Below, one piece after another: positions 37,401 through 46,427 of a DNA stretch of 64,000 nt. Positions within the stretch are counted from its first letter, which is position 1, and the number at the start of each line of letters is the position of its first letter. A program made the position numbers and the translations under genes. Location: contig DAAP01000044.1 in assembly GCA_001701165.1 (NCBI GenBank), positions 2,008 through 66,007 on the forward strand. Direction: 5' to 3'. Under the pieces are notes generated by a model that worked only from the letters and a program-made list of their open reading frames with translations, made no database searches and was not told the DNA's origin. This DNA comes from Bacteroidales bacterium H4. Lineage in GTDB: Bacteria > Bacteroidota > Bacteroidia > Bacteroidales > Muribaculaceae.

Positions 37401-37986
37401 GCAATACTATGCAGTGTACCGAATTAGGGAAAGCGGCCATCATCGGGCCGTCATCCTTGCCGTCAGTGTAAATAATGCAGACCCCGGCATCGCGTTCGGC
37501 GACATACTTGCGCACACGACGAGTCTTTTCGTCTCCGCGACATTCCACGTAATCCCCGTATTTGGCCACTGCAGCCGTCTCGGTAGCCACCGCGCCGTCT
37601 ATAAGGTCTCGCAGCGGCTCAAGCACCTCGGCATACGCCGCCGTGGCGACCAAGACATGATGCCCGTCACGGTGCGACCGTTCCAAGGCCTTCAGCATCG
37701 ACGGACGCAGCATCTCCATGAAGCGGCGTGCATACTCATCACGGAATTCGGCGGCGACAGCCGGCGACAGCCCGGTGGCGGCATGCCACAACAGCCACTT
37801 GTAACGCCTATGGCTTACGATACGCAAGAGGCGCAGCCCGGCAGCCGTGGCCGTGCGCAACCACGCGATCGCCTGCCAACGTCGGCGTGCCACGCAAAGC
37901 AGCGTATCAAGGTACAGACGAGTGCTATTGCCGCGCAACAGCGTCTCGTCCAGGTCGTAAATGTCTATTTCTTCTTTTTTTGCCAT
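37390..37986 (-). CDS. HAD-superfamily hydrolase
   Basis: Motif I is IYDLDETLL. The start is set at MAKKEEIDIYD (37986). It overlaps the 3' end of menA convergently by 11 nt. Confidence 0.6.
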   Translation of the reverse strand: MAKKEEIDIYDLDETLLRGNSTRLYLDTLLCVARRRWQAIAWLRTATAAGLRLLRIVSHRRYKWLLWHAATGLSPAVAAEFRDEYARRFMEMLRPSMLKALERSHRDGHHVLVATAAYAEVLEPLRDLIDGAVATETAAVAKYGDYVECRGDEKTRRVRKYVAERDAGVCIIYTDGKDDGPMMAAFPNSVHCIVLPNS

Positions 37987-38582
37987 TGCATGTATCGTGG
38001 CGTGAGCTGGCGACGACGTGCATCCGAAGACCACGGAAAGCGCACCAATGTTCCCGGCTGGAAGATATGGTAATACGGGAACGCCACCGGATCGGGCCGC
38101 GTCAACGCTATGGATGCGCCGCGCACCTCAGCCCCGCAATCCTTCAGAGCATCGAAAACGGCACGAAGCGTAGCCCCGGAGTCAACAGCATCGTCCACCA
38201 CCAGAATACGCGTGGCATACTCCGCAGCATCAAGCATTTCCTTCACCGCCTCCGGTGTCGCTACTATGGCTCGCGGCTTGTGCTTGGCCAGTCGCTTGGC
38301 CTCGGATATGCGCAACTCATCGCCTATCCATCGAGGCAGAAAACGCGTCAAACGCATTATCGAACGCATCTTGCGCTTCCAGCCCGTCGACGGACGATGT
38401 ATGTCTACGTCTAAGTGAGGGACGTCCTCAAACATGTACTTGGCCAGCGTGACGCCGCCGCGTGCTATGGCTACAACCAGCTCCGGGTCAAACTCCCGGG
38501 CCTTCATTTCAAGCTCGCGGCCACACCATTCCACTACACCCATGTCGAGGGTCAAAACCCGCATTTCCAATTCGAAATCCAT
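37965..38582 (-). CDS. Phosphoribosyltransferase-family protein
   Basis: PRPP-binding loop ILVVDDAVDSGATL. Confidence 0.7.
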   Translation of the reverse strand: MDFELEMRVLTLDMGVVEWCGRELEMKAREFDPELVVAIARGGVTLAKYMFEDVPHLDVDIHRPSTGWKRKMRSIMRLTRFLPRWIGDELRISEAKRLAKHKPRAIVATPEAVKEMLDAAEYATRILVVDDAVDSGATLRAVFDALKDCGAEVRGASIALTRPDPVAFPYYHIFQPGTLVRFPWSSDARRRQLTPRYMQWQKKKK

Positions 38583-39004
38583 TTTGCCTTATTATATTTG
38601 TGCAAAGTAACATATTTTTTTGCGAAAATCACAGCCAACTACACAAAAAAATGCGTAACTTTGTACCGTATGCGGCCCACTGTCTTCGATGACAGTCGAC
38701 TTATGGTGCAGTCCCGAGCGCAATACATTGTGCATCAAGCGTCTGTGCCAAGCATTCTATGTCATTCACAATTTATTGTTGTGACGAACCTCCTGTTACT
38801 TCCGGCAGTTGTTATTGCCCGCACCGCCATGAAACGACCGTGAAGCCACAGCCTCTTCCGTCGGCAACTTTGCCGAACAAAAGGACTATATAACCATCCT
38901 AAGGACCATAGCCTTATGGCGTCCGGAGAACGCCAATTCCCGAACGCCCGTAAATATAAAACACATTAACCAAATATACAACCAATCCTAACAACCAGCA
39001 TCAT

Positions 39005-42000
39005 ATGGATCTGAAAACTACCTTCAGCCTCCGTGTACTCGGCTTGGCCGCAATTCTGGCAGCAACTGTCAGTGCCGGCGCTACTGTCACCGAGACACAA
39101 AAAGGCATTTCATTCTACGATGCCGCTTCGCACGGTTACGTCAGCACCATGCTGAACACTCGCGCAGGCATCGTGGTCGCCACCGAGCGTGGCAAGGACA
39201 TCTCCGTGATACGTAACGGCAAGATGGTTCCCATGGTATCCGGTCCGGGCGTCGGCATGTACATACATGCAAGCAAGGACGGCCAATATATCGGATACAA
39301 GAGCATCAACAACAACACCGACCAGGCCCCCATGGTACTCGACGTCACCACCGGCCGAAGCATCATCCTCGAGAGCTACACCAACCAGTGCGGCCAACCC
39401 TCCTTCGCCGATGACAACACCGTGTGCTACACCGTCGGCAATAAACTCGTAGTGCGCAAAATCGATGGCAGCCAACGCCGCGAGTACAACATGCCATTCT
39501 ACGTAAACATCGTCAATATCAGCCCTGACGGCACCCGTGCCGCCTTCGGCAGCATCGATGGCGACTTCTACATGATGAACCTCGCCGACGGCGACATCGT
39601 CACCGTCCCCGGAGGCGAAGGCGCATACAACCCCGTATGGAGCCCCGACGGAACTCGCCTGGCTGTACAACGTGTCAACGGCAACCTCTTCACCATAGAC
39701 GCCGCCACCAAAGTACGCCACAACATTGGCGAAGTTTCGTCCTTCAACTGGACAGAAGACTCAAAGAGCATCGTCTACACACAAGTTAACCGCATCAACG
39801 ACATGCTCTCCAGCGGCGCATCGGTATGCCGCGTCGCTTGGGACGGTTCGTCCAACACCAAAATCATCGACAATGACGCATCATGTCCCGTGGCCGTACT
39901 CGCCGATGGCAACGCTCTGATTGTGTCTTACGCCGTAGGCACACAACGCGGCCTGAGCAAGCGAGTATACCGCACCGTCTCCGACTTTGTCGGAGCACCG
40001 GCACGCACAGTGTCCCTGGTATCCTTCGGCAAAGACGAGCAAGTGGGCAACTCCCGAATCACCAACTTCAAGGGCTTCTCGCGTACAGACGCCCCCATGG
40101 CCTCCTTCGAGGACATTATGGCCGACAACGCCAAGGCACGGAAGCTTTCTCCCGAGCAACGCGCACAATACAGCAGCGGAACACGCAAAGGCAACGACAT
40201 AGGTCTGACCGCCATCCCTTACATCAATCAGGTATGGGATACCCCCGGATCGTATAGCGGCAACTACAGCGTCGGCTACGTATGCTGCGCACCCTCATCC
40301 TGCTGTATGAACCTCGGCTGGCGCGGCAAACTGAGCAAAGTAGCCGTAACATCGCGCGCCTCCGGCGTTGGCACAGTATACTACTCCTGGCAAGTACTGC
40401 GCGACTACACATCCTCCACCGGATATGCCTTCACCCAGCGCGCAAGCTACTACGGCTCGGTAGGCGGCGGCTACGGATATATGTGGGGCTTAGGTTCGCC
40501 CGCCACAATGATGGCCAGCTTCTACCAAAAAAACGGCCTTAACTCCTCTTTCGCCTCATCGTGGAGCACTTTCTGCACCCAGACCAACAATAACGACCCG
40601 TACACCATCTGTCTGGCCAACGGCACAGGCGGACACGTCGTCCTCGGCTTCCGCACCAATCAGGCAGCTGCCTCCAACGGCTCCAGCACCTGGGCAAAGA
40701 ACGGCTCGTTCATCTGCCACGACCCCTATGGCGACTACAACGGTGCCAGCTACCCTAACTGGGACGGCCGCTATTCGACATACGACTGGCCCGGATACAG
40801 CAACGGATACAAAAACATCGGAACGTTCCACTGGGGATGCATTGCCACCGGCTCCAAGCCCACACCCAGCAACCCCACGCTCACCGTCAGCCCCGCGTCC
40901 GTAAACTTCACCTGCGAACTCAACCAGCATCCCTCCGCGACTATTAAAGTCACCGGCAAAGACCTTAGCAGCGATATCACCATTGCTTCCTACACCCCGG
41001 GACGTTTCACCCCAAGCGTTACATCACTTCCCAAAACCGGCGGCACTTTCAAAATCACCTTCAATATCTCCGACAAAATCGGCACATACGGCGAAGGTGG
41101 TTCGGCCGTTAACTCCAAATTTTATGTCAAAGTCAAGAGCGGAAGCCTTGAAAAAATCATCAACATCACTGCTACCGTAACCGCTCCGCCGCTGGGCAAA
41201 CTCTCCGAAAAATGGAACCTCTCCGAAAAGAAAGGCAACAAGGACTCCAAGGGCTATGACGCCTCCAATATCCGCAACTTTGTATACAACGACGGTAAAC
41301 TCTATTGTGTATACAACCACAGCGACATACTGGTACTAAACGCCCAAACCGGCGCCAAACTCGGCTTCCTGCCCAAGAACGACATCGTCAAGGGCGGCAC
41401 TCTGACACTCTGCGATGTCAAATGTATCAACGGCAAGATTCTCGCCTGCAACATCGCAAAACAAGGCGAAGAATTCCGTGTATACGCATGGGACAACGAC
41501 AACAGCTACCCCACACTGGCACTATCTACCACAGACATCCAAGGCGCCGCTCGTGTGGGTGACTGTATGGAGCTTACCGGTACATATCCCTCGGATTACT
41601 GGTTAGCATTCTGCAACGACAACGGCACCGACACCCGCATCGTCGAATACCATATGAACGGCACCAAAATTGCTCAGGCCAAGAACACTAAAGTTCTGAA
41701 AGACGGCAAACAATGGAAGACGGGAGCCACCTCGCGCGCATATCCCAAAGGCAGCGGATGGTGGGTAGACGGTTCTCAGAGTATGCCCGCATGGACCAAT
41801 AACCCCAACAACGGCACTTGCACCGTACAATGCATCAACACCTGCGCCGACGGCAAAAAACCTTGGGGCGCCAGCCATCACGAATTCAATTGGAAGGGCG
41901 GCAAATATGCCATCAACCTCATCTTCGAAGGCACGACGAACTACACCGGAGCCAAGATGCGCATCGTCAAGGACAACGCAGGCGACTACTCCAACACCAC

Positions 42001-43663
42001 CGAAAACGGCAAGTACCCCGCCGATGGACTTGGAGACGCCACCAAGAACTCCAACAGCACCGGCGATTGCATGATCAATACAGACGGCGACTCATACTTG
42101 GAAGCCTGGGTACTCTCCACCAAGCACGGCATGGCATACTACGCCTACGGCAACCCGCCGGCCAAGAATCCCTCGGCCATCGTCGGCCCGAGCGAACCTA
42201 ACCCGACAATAAGCGCCAATCCCACCTCTTTATCCTTCTCCTCCAAGAAGAATGCGGCAGTGGACAAAGATCTCAAGATTGAAGGCGCCAACCTCAAAGG
42301 CAACATCACCGCCACTCTCAGCGGCACAAATGCCAACATGTTCAAGCTTTCCAATACAAGTCTCAGCAACTCCGGCACAATCAAGGTGACATACACCCCC
42401 ACCGCCGAAGGCACTCACAAGGCCACCATCACGCTGTCAAGCCAGGGCACGACCAACGTCACCGTAGCCCTCAACGGCACATGCGAAGCCACCATAACCC
42501 TGCTCGAAGACATTGCAGCCCATCAGGACAAACTCTCCGAGGAATGGATATACTCCACCAACAAGAACAACACCCCGAGCTGGACAACGTTTGACGCCAA
42601 ACAGTCGGCCAACCGTGACATCGCTCTGATTGGTGACAAGCTTTATGTACTCAACGGCAAAAACTGGGGTGATGTCGCAGTGAACATCATCAACGCCAAG
42701 GACGGCAAGCACAAAGGCTCGCTCTCCGTGGCCGACCTCGGAAGTGCTCTCGGCAAACTCGGCGGTCTCGCCGTAGCCGACGGCAAACTCATCGCCTCCA
42801 ACATCGTAACAGCCGCCCAAAACCTCCGCGTATACATTTGGGACAACGATGCAGCCGCACCGCGCGTACTCGTCCAGAAAGACGGCGCAGGCATCATCAC
42901 CGGTGCTTCCGTAGCTTTCAGCGGAACGCTCAACAACGGCCGTGTATGGCTCACCAAAGACGGCTCCAACGAAGTCGTATACTTCGAAATCAAAAACGGC
43001 AGCTGCGACAACAATATGCACACCATAGCGTTGAAAAACGCTAAAGGCGAAGCATATGCATACGGCAGCGACGGCCGTGGTGCTTCCAAGATCTATCCCA
43101 ACACCGACGGCAGCTTCTGGATGGCCCAGAAAGACAACCAGATAGCCAAGTTCGACGCTTCCGGCAAGATTACAGACGAAATCCTGCCCAAAGAAGCGCT
43201 CGGCGGATCCTCCTACGGCACAGCTTTCGCCCAATTCTCCATAGGCAACAAGCGATACATCGCCGCTATCACCTACAAGACCGGCAACCTGCAAGACGGA
43301 CAAGTAGCTATCATTGATGTAACCAGCGGCGTGGCCAAAGCCACGGCTCCCATCAAACGCCTGCCCGAAAACGGCTTCGGATCAAACGTGAACAGCCAAT
43401 ACATGTCCACAGTTGTCGTAAGCGCCGAAGGATCGCGCAAGGGCATCGTCAACATCTACGCCAACGTCTTCGGACAAGGTCTGGGATACTTCAAGTACGC
43501 CGGCGAAATGGCTGACGCCATCTCCGACATCACCGTCGATGGCGACAACGCCGACGTCGAGTACTTCAACCTCCAAGGCATACGCGTAGACGCCGACAAC
43601 CTCACCCCCGGCATCTATGTACGCCGTCAAGGCAATAAAGCCACCAAAGTCGTCATCAAATAA
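39005..43663 (+). CDS. Giant T9SS cargo protein: TolB-like (PD40) beta-propeller, C39-like cysteine peptidase, two copies of an Ig-like plus repeat module, and a T9SS CTD
   Basis: Signal peptide ...LAAILAATVSAGA. PD40-like repeats (SPDGTRAAFGSIDGDFYMMNL, SPDGTRLAVQRVNGNLFTI). Papain-like Cys/His candidates (GYVCCAPSSCCMNLGW ... GTGGHVVLGF). The duplicated modules begin KLSEKWNLSEKKGNK and KLSEEWIYSTNKNN. The CTD ends ...VEYFNLQGIRVDADNLTPGIYVRRQGNKATKVVIK. Confidence 0.8.
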   Translation: MDLKTTFSLRVLGLAAILAATVSAGATVTETQKGISFYDAASHGYVSTMLNTRAGIVVATERGKDISVIRNGKMVPMVSGPGVGMYIHASKDGQYIGYKSINNNTDQAPMVLDVTTGRSIILESYTNQCGQPSFADDNTVCYTVGNKLVVRKIDGSQRREYNMPFYVNIVNISPDGTRAAFGSIDGDFYMMNLADGDIVTVPGGEGAYNPVWSPDGTRLAVQRVNGNLFTIDAATKVRHNIGEVSSFNWTEDSKSIVYTQVNRINDMLSSGASVCRVAWDGSSNTKIIDNDASCPVAVLADGNALIVSYAVGTQRGLSKRVYRTVSDFVGAPARTVSLVSFGKDEQVGNSRITNFKGFSRTDAPMASFEDIMADNAKARKLSPEQRAQYSSGTRKGNDIGLTAIPYINQVWDTPGSYSGNYSVGYVCCAPSSCCMNLGWRGKLSKVAVTSRASGVGTVYYSWQVLRDYTSSTGYAFTQRASYYGSVGGGYGYMWGLGSPATMMASFYQKNGLNSSFASSWSTFCTQTNNNDPYTICLANGTGGHVVLGFRTNQAAASNGSSTWAKNGSFICHDPYGDYNGASYPNWDGRYSTYDWPGYSNGYKNIGTFHWGCIATGSKPTPSNPTLTVSPASVNFTCELNQHPSATIKVTGKDLSSDITIASYTPGRFTPSVTSLPKTGGTFKITFNISDKIGTYGEGGSAVNSKFYVKVKSGSLEKIINITATVTAPPLGKLSEKWNLSEKKGNKDSKGYDASNIRNFVYNDGKLYCVYNHSDILVLNAQTGAKLGFLPKNDIVKGGTLTLCDVKCINGKILACNIAKQGEEFRVYAWDNDNSYPTLALSTTDIQGAARVGDCMELTGTYPSDYWLAFCNDNGTDTRIVEYHMNGTKIAQAKNTKVLKDGKQWKTGATSRAYPKGSGWWVDGSQSMPAWTNNPNNGTCTVQCINTCADGKKPWGASHHEFNWKGGKYAINLIFEGTTNYTGAKMRIVKDNAGDYSNTTENGKYPADGLGDATKNSNSTGDCMINTDGDSYLEAWVLSTKHGMAYYAYGNPPAKNPSAIVGPSEPNPTISANPTSLSFSSKKNAAVDKDLKIEGANLKGNITATLSGTNANMFKLSNTSLSNSGTIKVTYTPTAEGTHKATITLSSQGTTNVTVALNGTCEATITLLEDIAAHQDKLSEEWIYSTNKNNTPSWTTFDAKQSANRDIALIGDKLYVLNGKNWGDVAVNIINAKDGKHKGSLSVADLGSALGKLGGLAVADGKLIASNIVTAAQNLRVYIWDNDAAAPRVLVQKDGAGIITGASVAFSGTLNNGRVWLTKDGSNEVVYFEIKNGSCDNNMHTIALKNAKGEAYAYGSDGRGASKIYPNTDGSFWMAQKDNQIAKFDASGKITDEILPKEALGGSSYGTAFAQFSIGNKRYIAAITYKTGNLQDGQVAIIDVTSGVAKATAPIKRLPENGFGSNVNSQYMSTVVVSAEGSRKGIVNIYANVFGQGLGYFKYAGEMADAISDITVDGDNADVEYFNLQGIRVDADNLTPGIYVRRQGNKATKVVIK

Positions 43664-43688
43664 CCACTGACCAACATCATCCTCAATA

Positions 43689-43729
43689 AAGGGAGGCGGG
43701 CCGCGCGGCTCGCCTCCCTTTCTATTTTT
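43689..43729 (+). terminator. Rho-independent terminator
   Basis: 10-bp stem AAGGGAGGCG/CGCCTCCCTT, followed by TCTATTTTT. Confidence 0.75.
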
Positions 43730-43795
43730 CAAACATCATCCACCGCCGCGTTTGACAATCTTGCCAAAACAAATAGTTATGCCTAACTTTGGGGT

Positions 43796-44407
43796 ATGAA
43801 AATGAGATACGCCACAACGGCAGACATCGAGCAAATACTGGCAATCACCGACAGCGCTCGACGGTTCCAGCGCCAATGCGGATTTCGCCAATGGGAAGAC
43901 GGCTACCCGGCATATGAGAATATCGCCGCAGACATCGCCGACCAAGGCGCATATATATTCGAAAACGAAGGCACCTCCGCCAAAGCCGCAGACATTACCA
44001 TCGAAGGCTCGAACATCGTTGAACGTGAGAATATTGTCGCTTATGCCTATCTGACCGAAGGCGATGCCGAGTACGACAGTCTATCCCGGATATGGCACTA
44101 TCCCGGGCCCTACGGCGTCATCCATCGACTGGCCATAGCCCCGAACTTTCGCGGTCAAGGTCTGGCCGCCCAAATCCTTGCCATGTCCGAAGCGCACCTT
44201 GCCGCACAAGGCACACGCGCCATGCGCATAGACACCGGCCAAGACAACATCGTGATGCAGCGCATCCTCAGCCGCGCCGACTACACCTGCCGCGGCCTCC
44301 ACCACTTCTCCTGGGGCCCCCGCCTCGCCTACGAAAAAGCCCCTGACCCAACCATCTGCGGTCCGGAGATAGAGAGAGGTAAAACGCTAATTATTTGTAG
44401 CATATAA
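43796..44407 (+). CDS. GNAT-family N-acetyltransferase
   Basis: Acetyl-CoA binding motif in IHRLAIAPNFRGQGLAAQIL. Confidence 0.75.
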   Translation: MKMRYATTADIEQILAITDSARRFQRQCGFRQWEDGYPAYENIAADIADQGAYIFENEGTSAKAADITIEGSNIVERENIVAYAYLTEGDAEYDSLSRIWHYPGPYGVIHRLAIAPNFRGQGLAAQILAMSEAHLAAQGTRAMRIDTGQDNIVMQRILSRADYTCRGLHHFSWGPRLAYEKAPDPTICGPEIERGKTLIICSI

Positions 44408-44417
44408 CACAAAATCG

Positions 44418-44425
44418 TATCTTTG
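44418..44425 (+). promoter_or_regulatory. Bacteroidetes-type -7 promoter box (TATCTTTG)
   Basis: Exact TAnnTTTG match, 64 nt upstream of the ATG at 44489. Confidence 0.45.
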
Positions 44426-44488
44426 CACTGAAAAAACAGCTGCATCTGCAACCATTTTTTCAGTTGCAGCTACTAAAAAACAGACGTA

Positions 44489-45814
44489 ATGATAATAAAT
44501 AGAGCCGATTACATAGCAAAACTTAGTGCCAAAAGCTGGAACGGCAAGGTTAAGATTATCACAGGCATCAGACGCTGTGGCAAGTCGTTCCTCCTATCTG
44601 TTCTTTTCAAACAGCATCTGATAGAGACCGGCGTTACGGAAGACTCCTTCATAGAAATTGACTTAGAGAAAAGACGTGACGTAAAATACCGCAACCCAAA
44701 CGTCCTATACGATTATGTGGTCAAAAAGTCAAGCGATATGGGTAAGCGGTATTATGTTTTCATCGATGAGATACAGCTGTCCTACAGGGTAAAAAGCACT
44801 GATATAGATGAAAAATCTGTGCCGGAAGAGGACCGGGAATTGCTTTATACGACTTTTTATGACGTACTCAATGACTTAATGGGGCATCCGAATCTGGATG
44901 TGTATGTGACCGGGTCAAACTCTAAGATGTTGTCTACGGATATTGTCACCAATTTTCGAGACAGGGGGTCGGAAATCAGGGTTTATCCGCTGTCCTTCAA
45001 AGAGTTCTGCCAAACAAAAGAGCTTGACAAAATTGATGCCCTTGAGGAATATTTGGCATATGGTGGTATGCCGTTAGCCGTGCTGGAAGATGACGAGGCC
45101 GAAAAGCGCAAATACCTTATAAATCTTTATAAGAATGTCTATCTAAAGGATATTATTGAACGAAACAAGCTAAAAGACATAACATTGCTTGATACTTTGA
45201 CAGACGTCTTATCGTCATCGGTCGGTTCACTAACAAATCCACACAAGCTGGCTAATACTGCTTGTTCTATATTGGGCAAGACAACATCGGACAGCACCAT
45301 CAAGAAATACATAAACATCCTTGAAGACGCGTATCTTTTTAGTTGTTCAAAAAGATGGAACGTAAAAGGCAGAAAGTATTTTGGGTCTATTCAGAAATAT
45401 TATGCAGTGGACTTAGGATTAAGGAATGCTCGCTTGAACTGGCGTCAACAGGAACGTTCGCACCTGATGGAAAACATGTTATACAACGAGCTGTTAATGC
45501 GCGGACTAAGTGTCGATGTCGGCGTGGTCGAAGTCTTACAAACGATTGATGGCAAACGGAAGCAATCTCAATACGAAATTGACTTTGTCGTGAACACCGG
45601 AAAAGAAAAAGTGTATATCCAGTCCGCGATGAATGTAGATGACCCGGAGAAGCGCAAACAGGAGACATTCTCGTTGAAACATAGCGGAGACTTCTACCGC
45701 AAAATAGTGGTATTAGATGGGAACCAAAGAATGTGGACAGATGAAGATGGCATCATCTATGTGGGCATTATCCCGTTCTTGCTGGATGTCGAGACACTCA
45801 AGACACTCATTTAG
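44489..45814 (+). CDS. AAA-family ATPase with a DUF4143-type C-terminal domain (second, divergent copy)
   Basis: Walker A in KIITGIRRCGKSFLL and Walker B in YVFIDEIQ. The DUF4143-like tail contains YAVDLGLRN and EIDFV. The patch is AT-rich. Confidence 0.78.
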   Translation: MIINRADYIAKLSAKSWNGKVKIITGIRRCGKSFLLSVLFKQHLIETGVTEDSFIEIDLEKRRDVKYRNPNVLYDYVVKKSSDMGKRYYVFIDEIQLSYRVKSTDIDEKSVPEEDRELLYTTFYDVLNDLMGHPNLDVYVTGSNSKMLSTDIVTNFRDRGSEIRVYPLSFKEFCQTKELDKIDALEEYLAYGGMPLAVLEDDEAEKRKYLINLYKNVYLKDIIERNKLKDITLLDTLTDVLSSSVGSLTNPHKLANTACSILGKTTSDSTIKKYINILEDAYLFSCSKRWNVKGRKYFGSIQKYYAVDLGLRNARLNWRQQERSHLMENMLYNELLMRGLSVDVGVVEVLQTIDGKRKQSQYEIDFVVNTGKEKVYIQSAMNVDDPEKRKQETFSLKHSGDFYRKIVVLDGNQRMWTDEDGIIYVGIIPFLLDVETLKTLI

Positions 45815-45863
45815 AGGCATAATAGATACAGCAGATGCCGCATAGTCTCGAGGATATCTTTTT

Positions 45864-46379
45864 CTATTTCTCATCCCAAGAGTCGGGATAGCTGCTGTGA
45901 TGGAAGAAGGAACGCGTTCTTAGGGATTCTTTTTGCTTTTCATCGTTGTAGTGAGCGAGGCCTTCCGAGAATCCGGACTCGTAGCCGGCTTCGTATCCGT
46001 CACAAAAGCGCGTGGCATCTTCGTCCGAAAACTCGTTTGCATCATCATAGCCGGCGCCGAAAGAGTTATTTGCCGCACCGGCGGCATAGCCGGCTTCGTA
46101 TCCGGCATCATATCCGGCATCGTAGGAATCTCCGGATGGCGATGATTGACTTACGTAGCTGCTGCGGCTGCCGCTCGTCGGACAAGCAATGGTCGGGTCG
46201 ATAAAAGTATCAACTATATGATTCAACATCAAATCGTACCATGTGGTTTGGGGCGTGTCCGGCTCTGACGCTACAGGCTTTTCGGTGTCTTTGCTATCGT
46301 GTACGTGCGCGCCTATGGCGATGATACCGATAATAATCACCGCCCAAAAGATTCGAATTATAGTTTTGCTACCATCCAT
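45864..46379 (-). CDS. Membrane-anchored hypothetical protein with (D/E)AGY repeats
   Basis: N-terminal helix IIRIFWAVIIIGIIAIGA. The repeats read YDAGYDAGYEAGYAAG ... DGYEAGYESGF. Confidence 0.45.
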   Translation of the reverse strand: MDGSKTIIRIFWAVIIIGIIAIGAHVHDSKDTEKPVASEPDTPQTTWYDLMLNHIVDTFIDPTIACPTSGSRSSYVSQSSPSGDSYDAGYDAGYEAGYAAGAANNSFGAGYDDANEFSDEDATRFCDGYEAGYESGFSEGLAHYNDEKQKESLRTRSFFHHSSYPDSWDEK

Positions 46380-46427
46380 ATTTGTCCGGTATAACGTCTT
46401 TTGCGCGCATATGCAGCTATCGCCACA

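Noticed and set aside
38583-39004. Long leader upstream of the 1552-aa gene, considered as an ncRNA or riboswitch
   Set aside because: It has only weak, short hairpins (for example CTGTC-TTCGAT-GACAG). There is no extended nested pairing and no recognisable motif.
42437-43303. 288-aa minus-strand ORF inside the 1552-aa gene
   Set aside because: It is an antisense shadow with no independent evidence.
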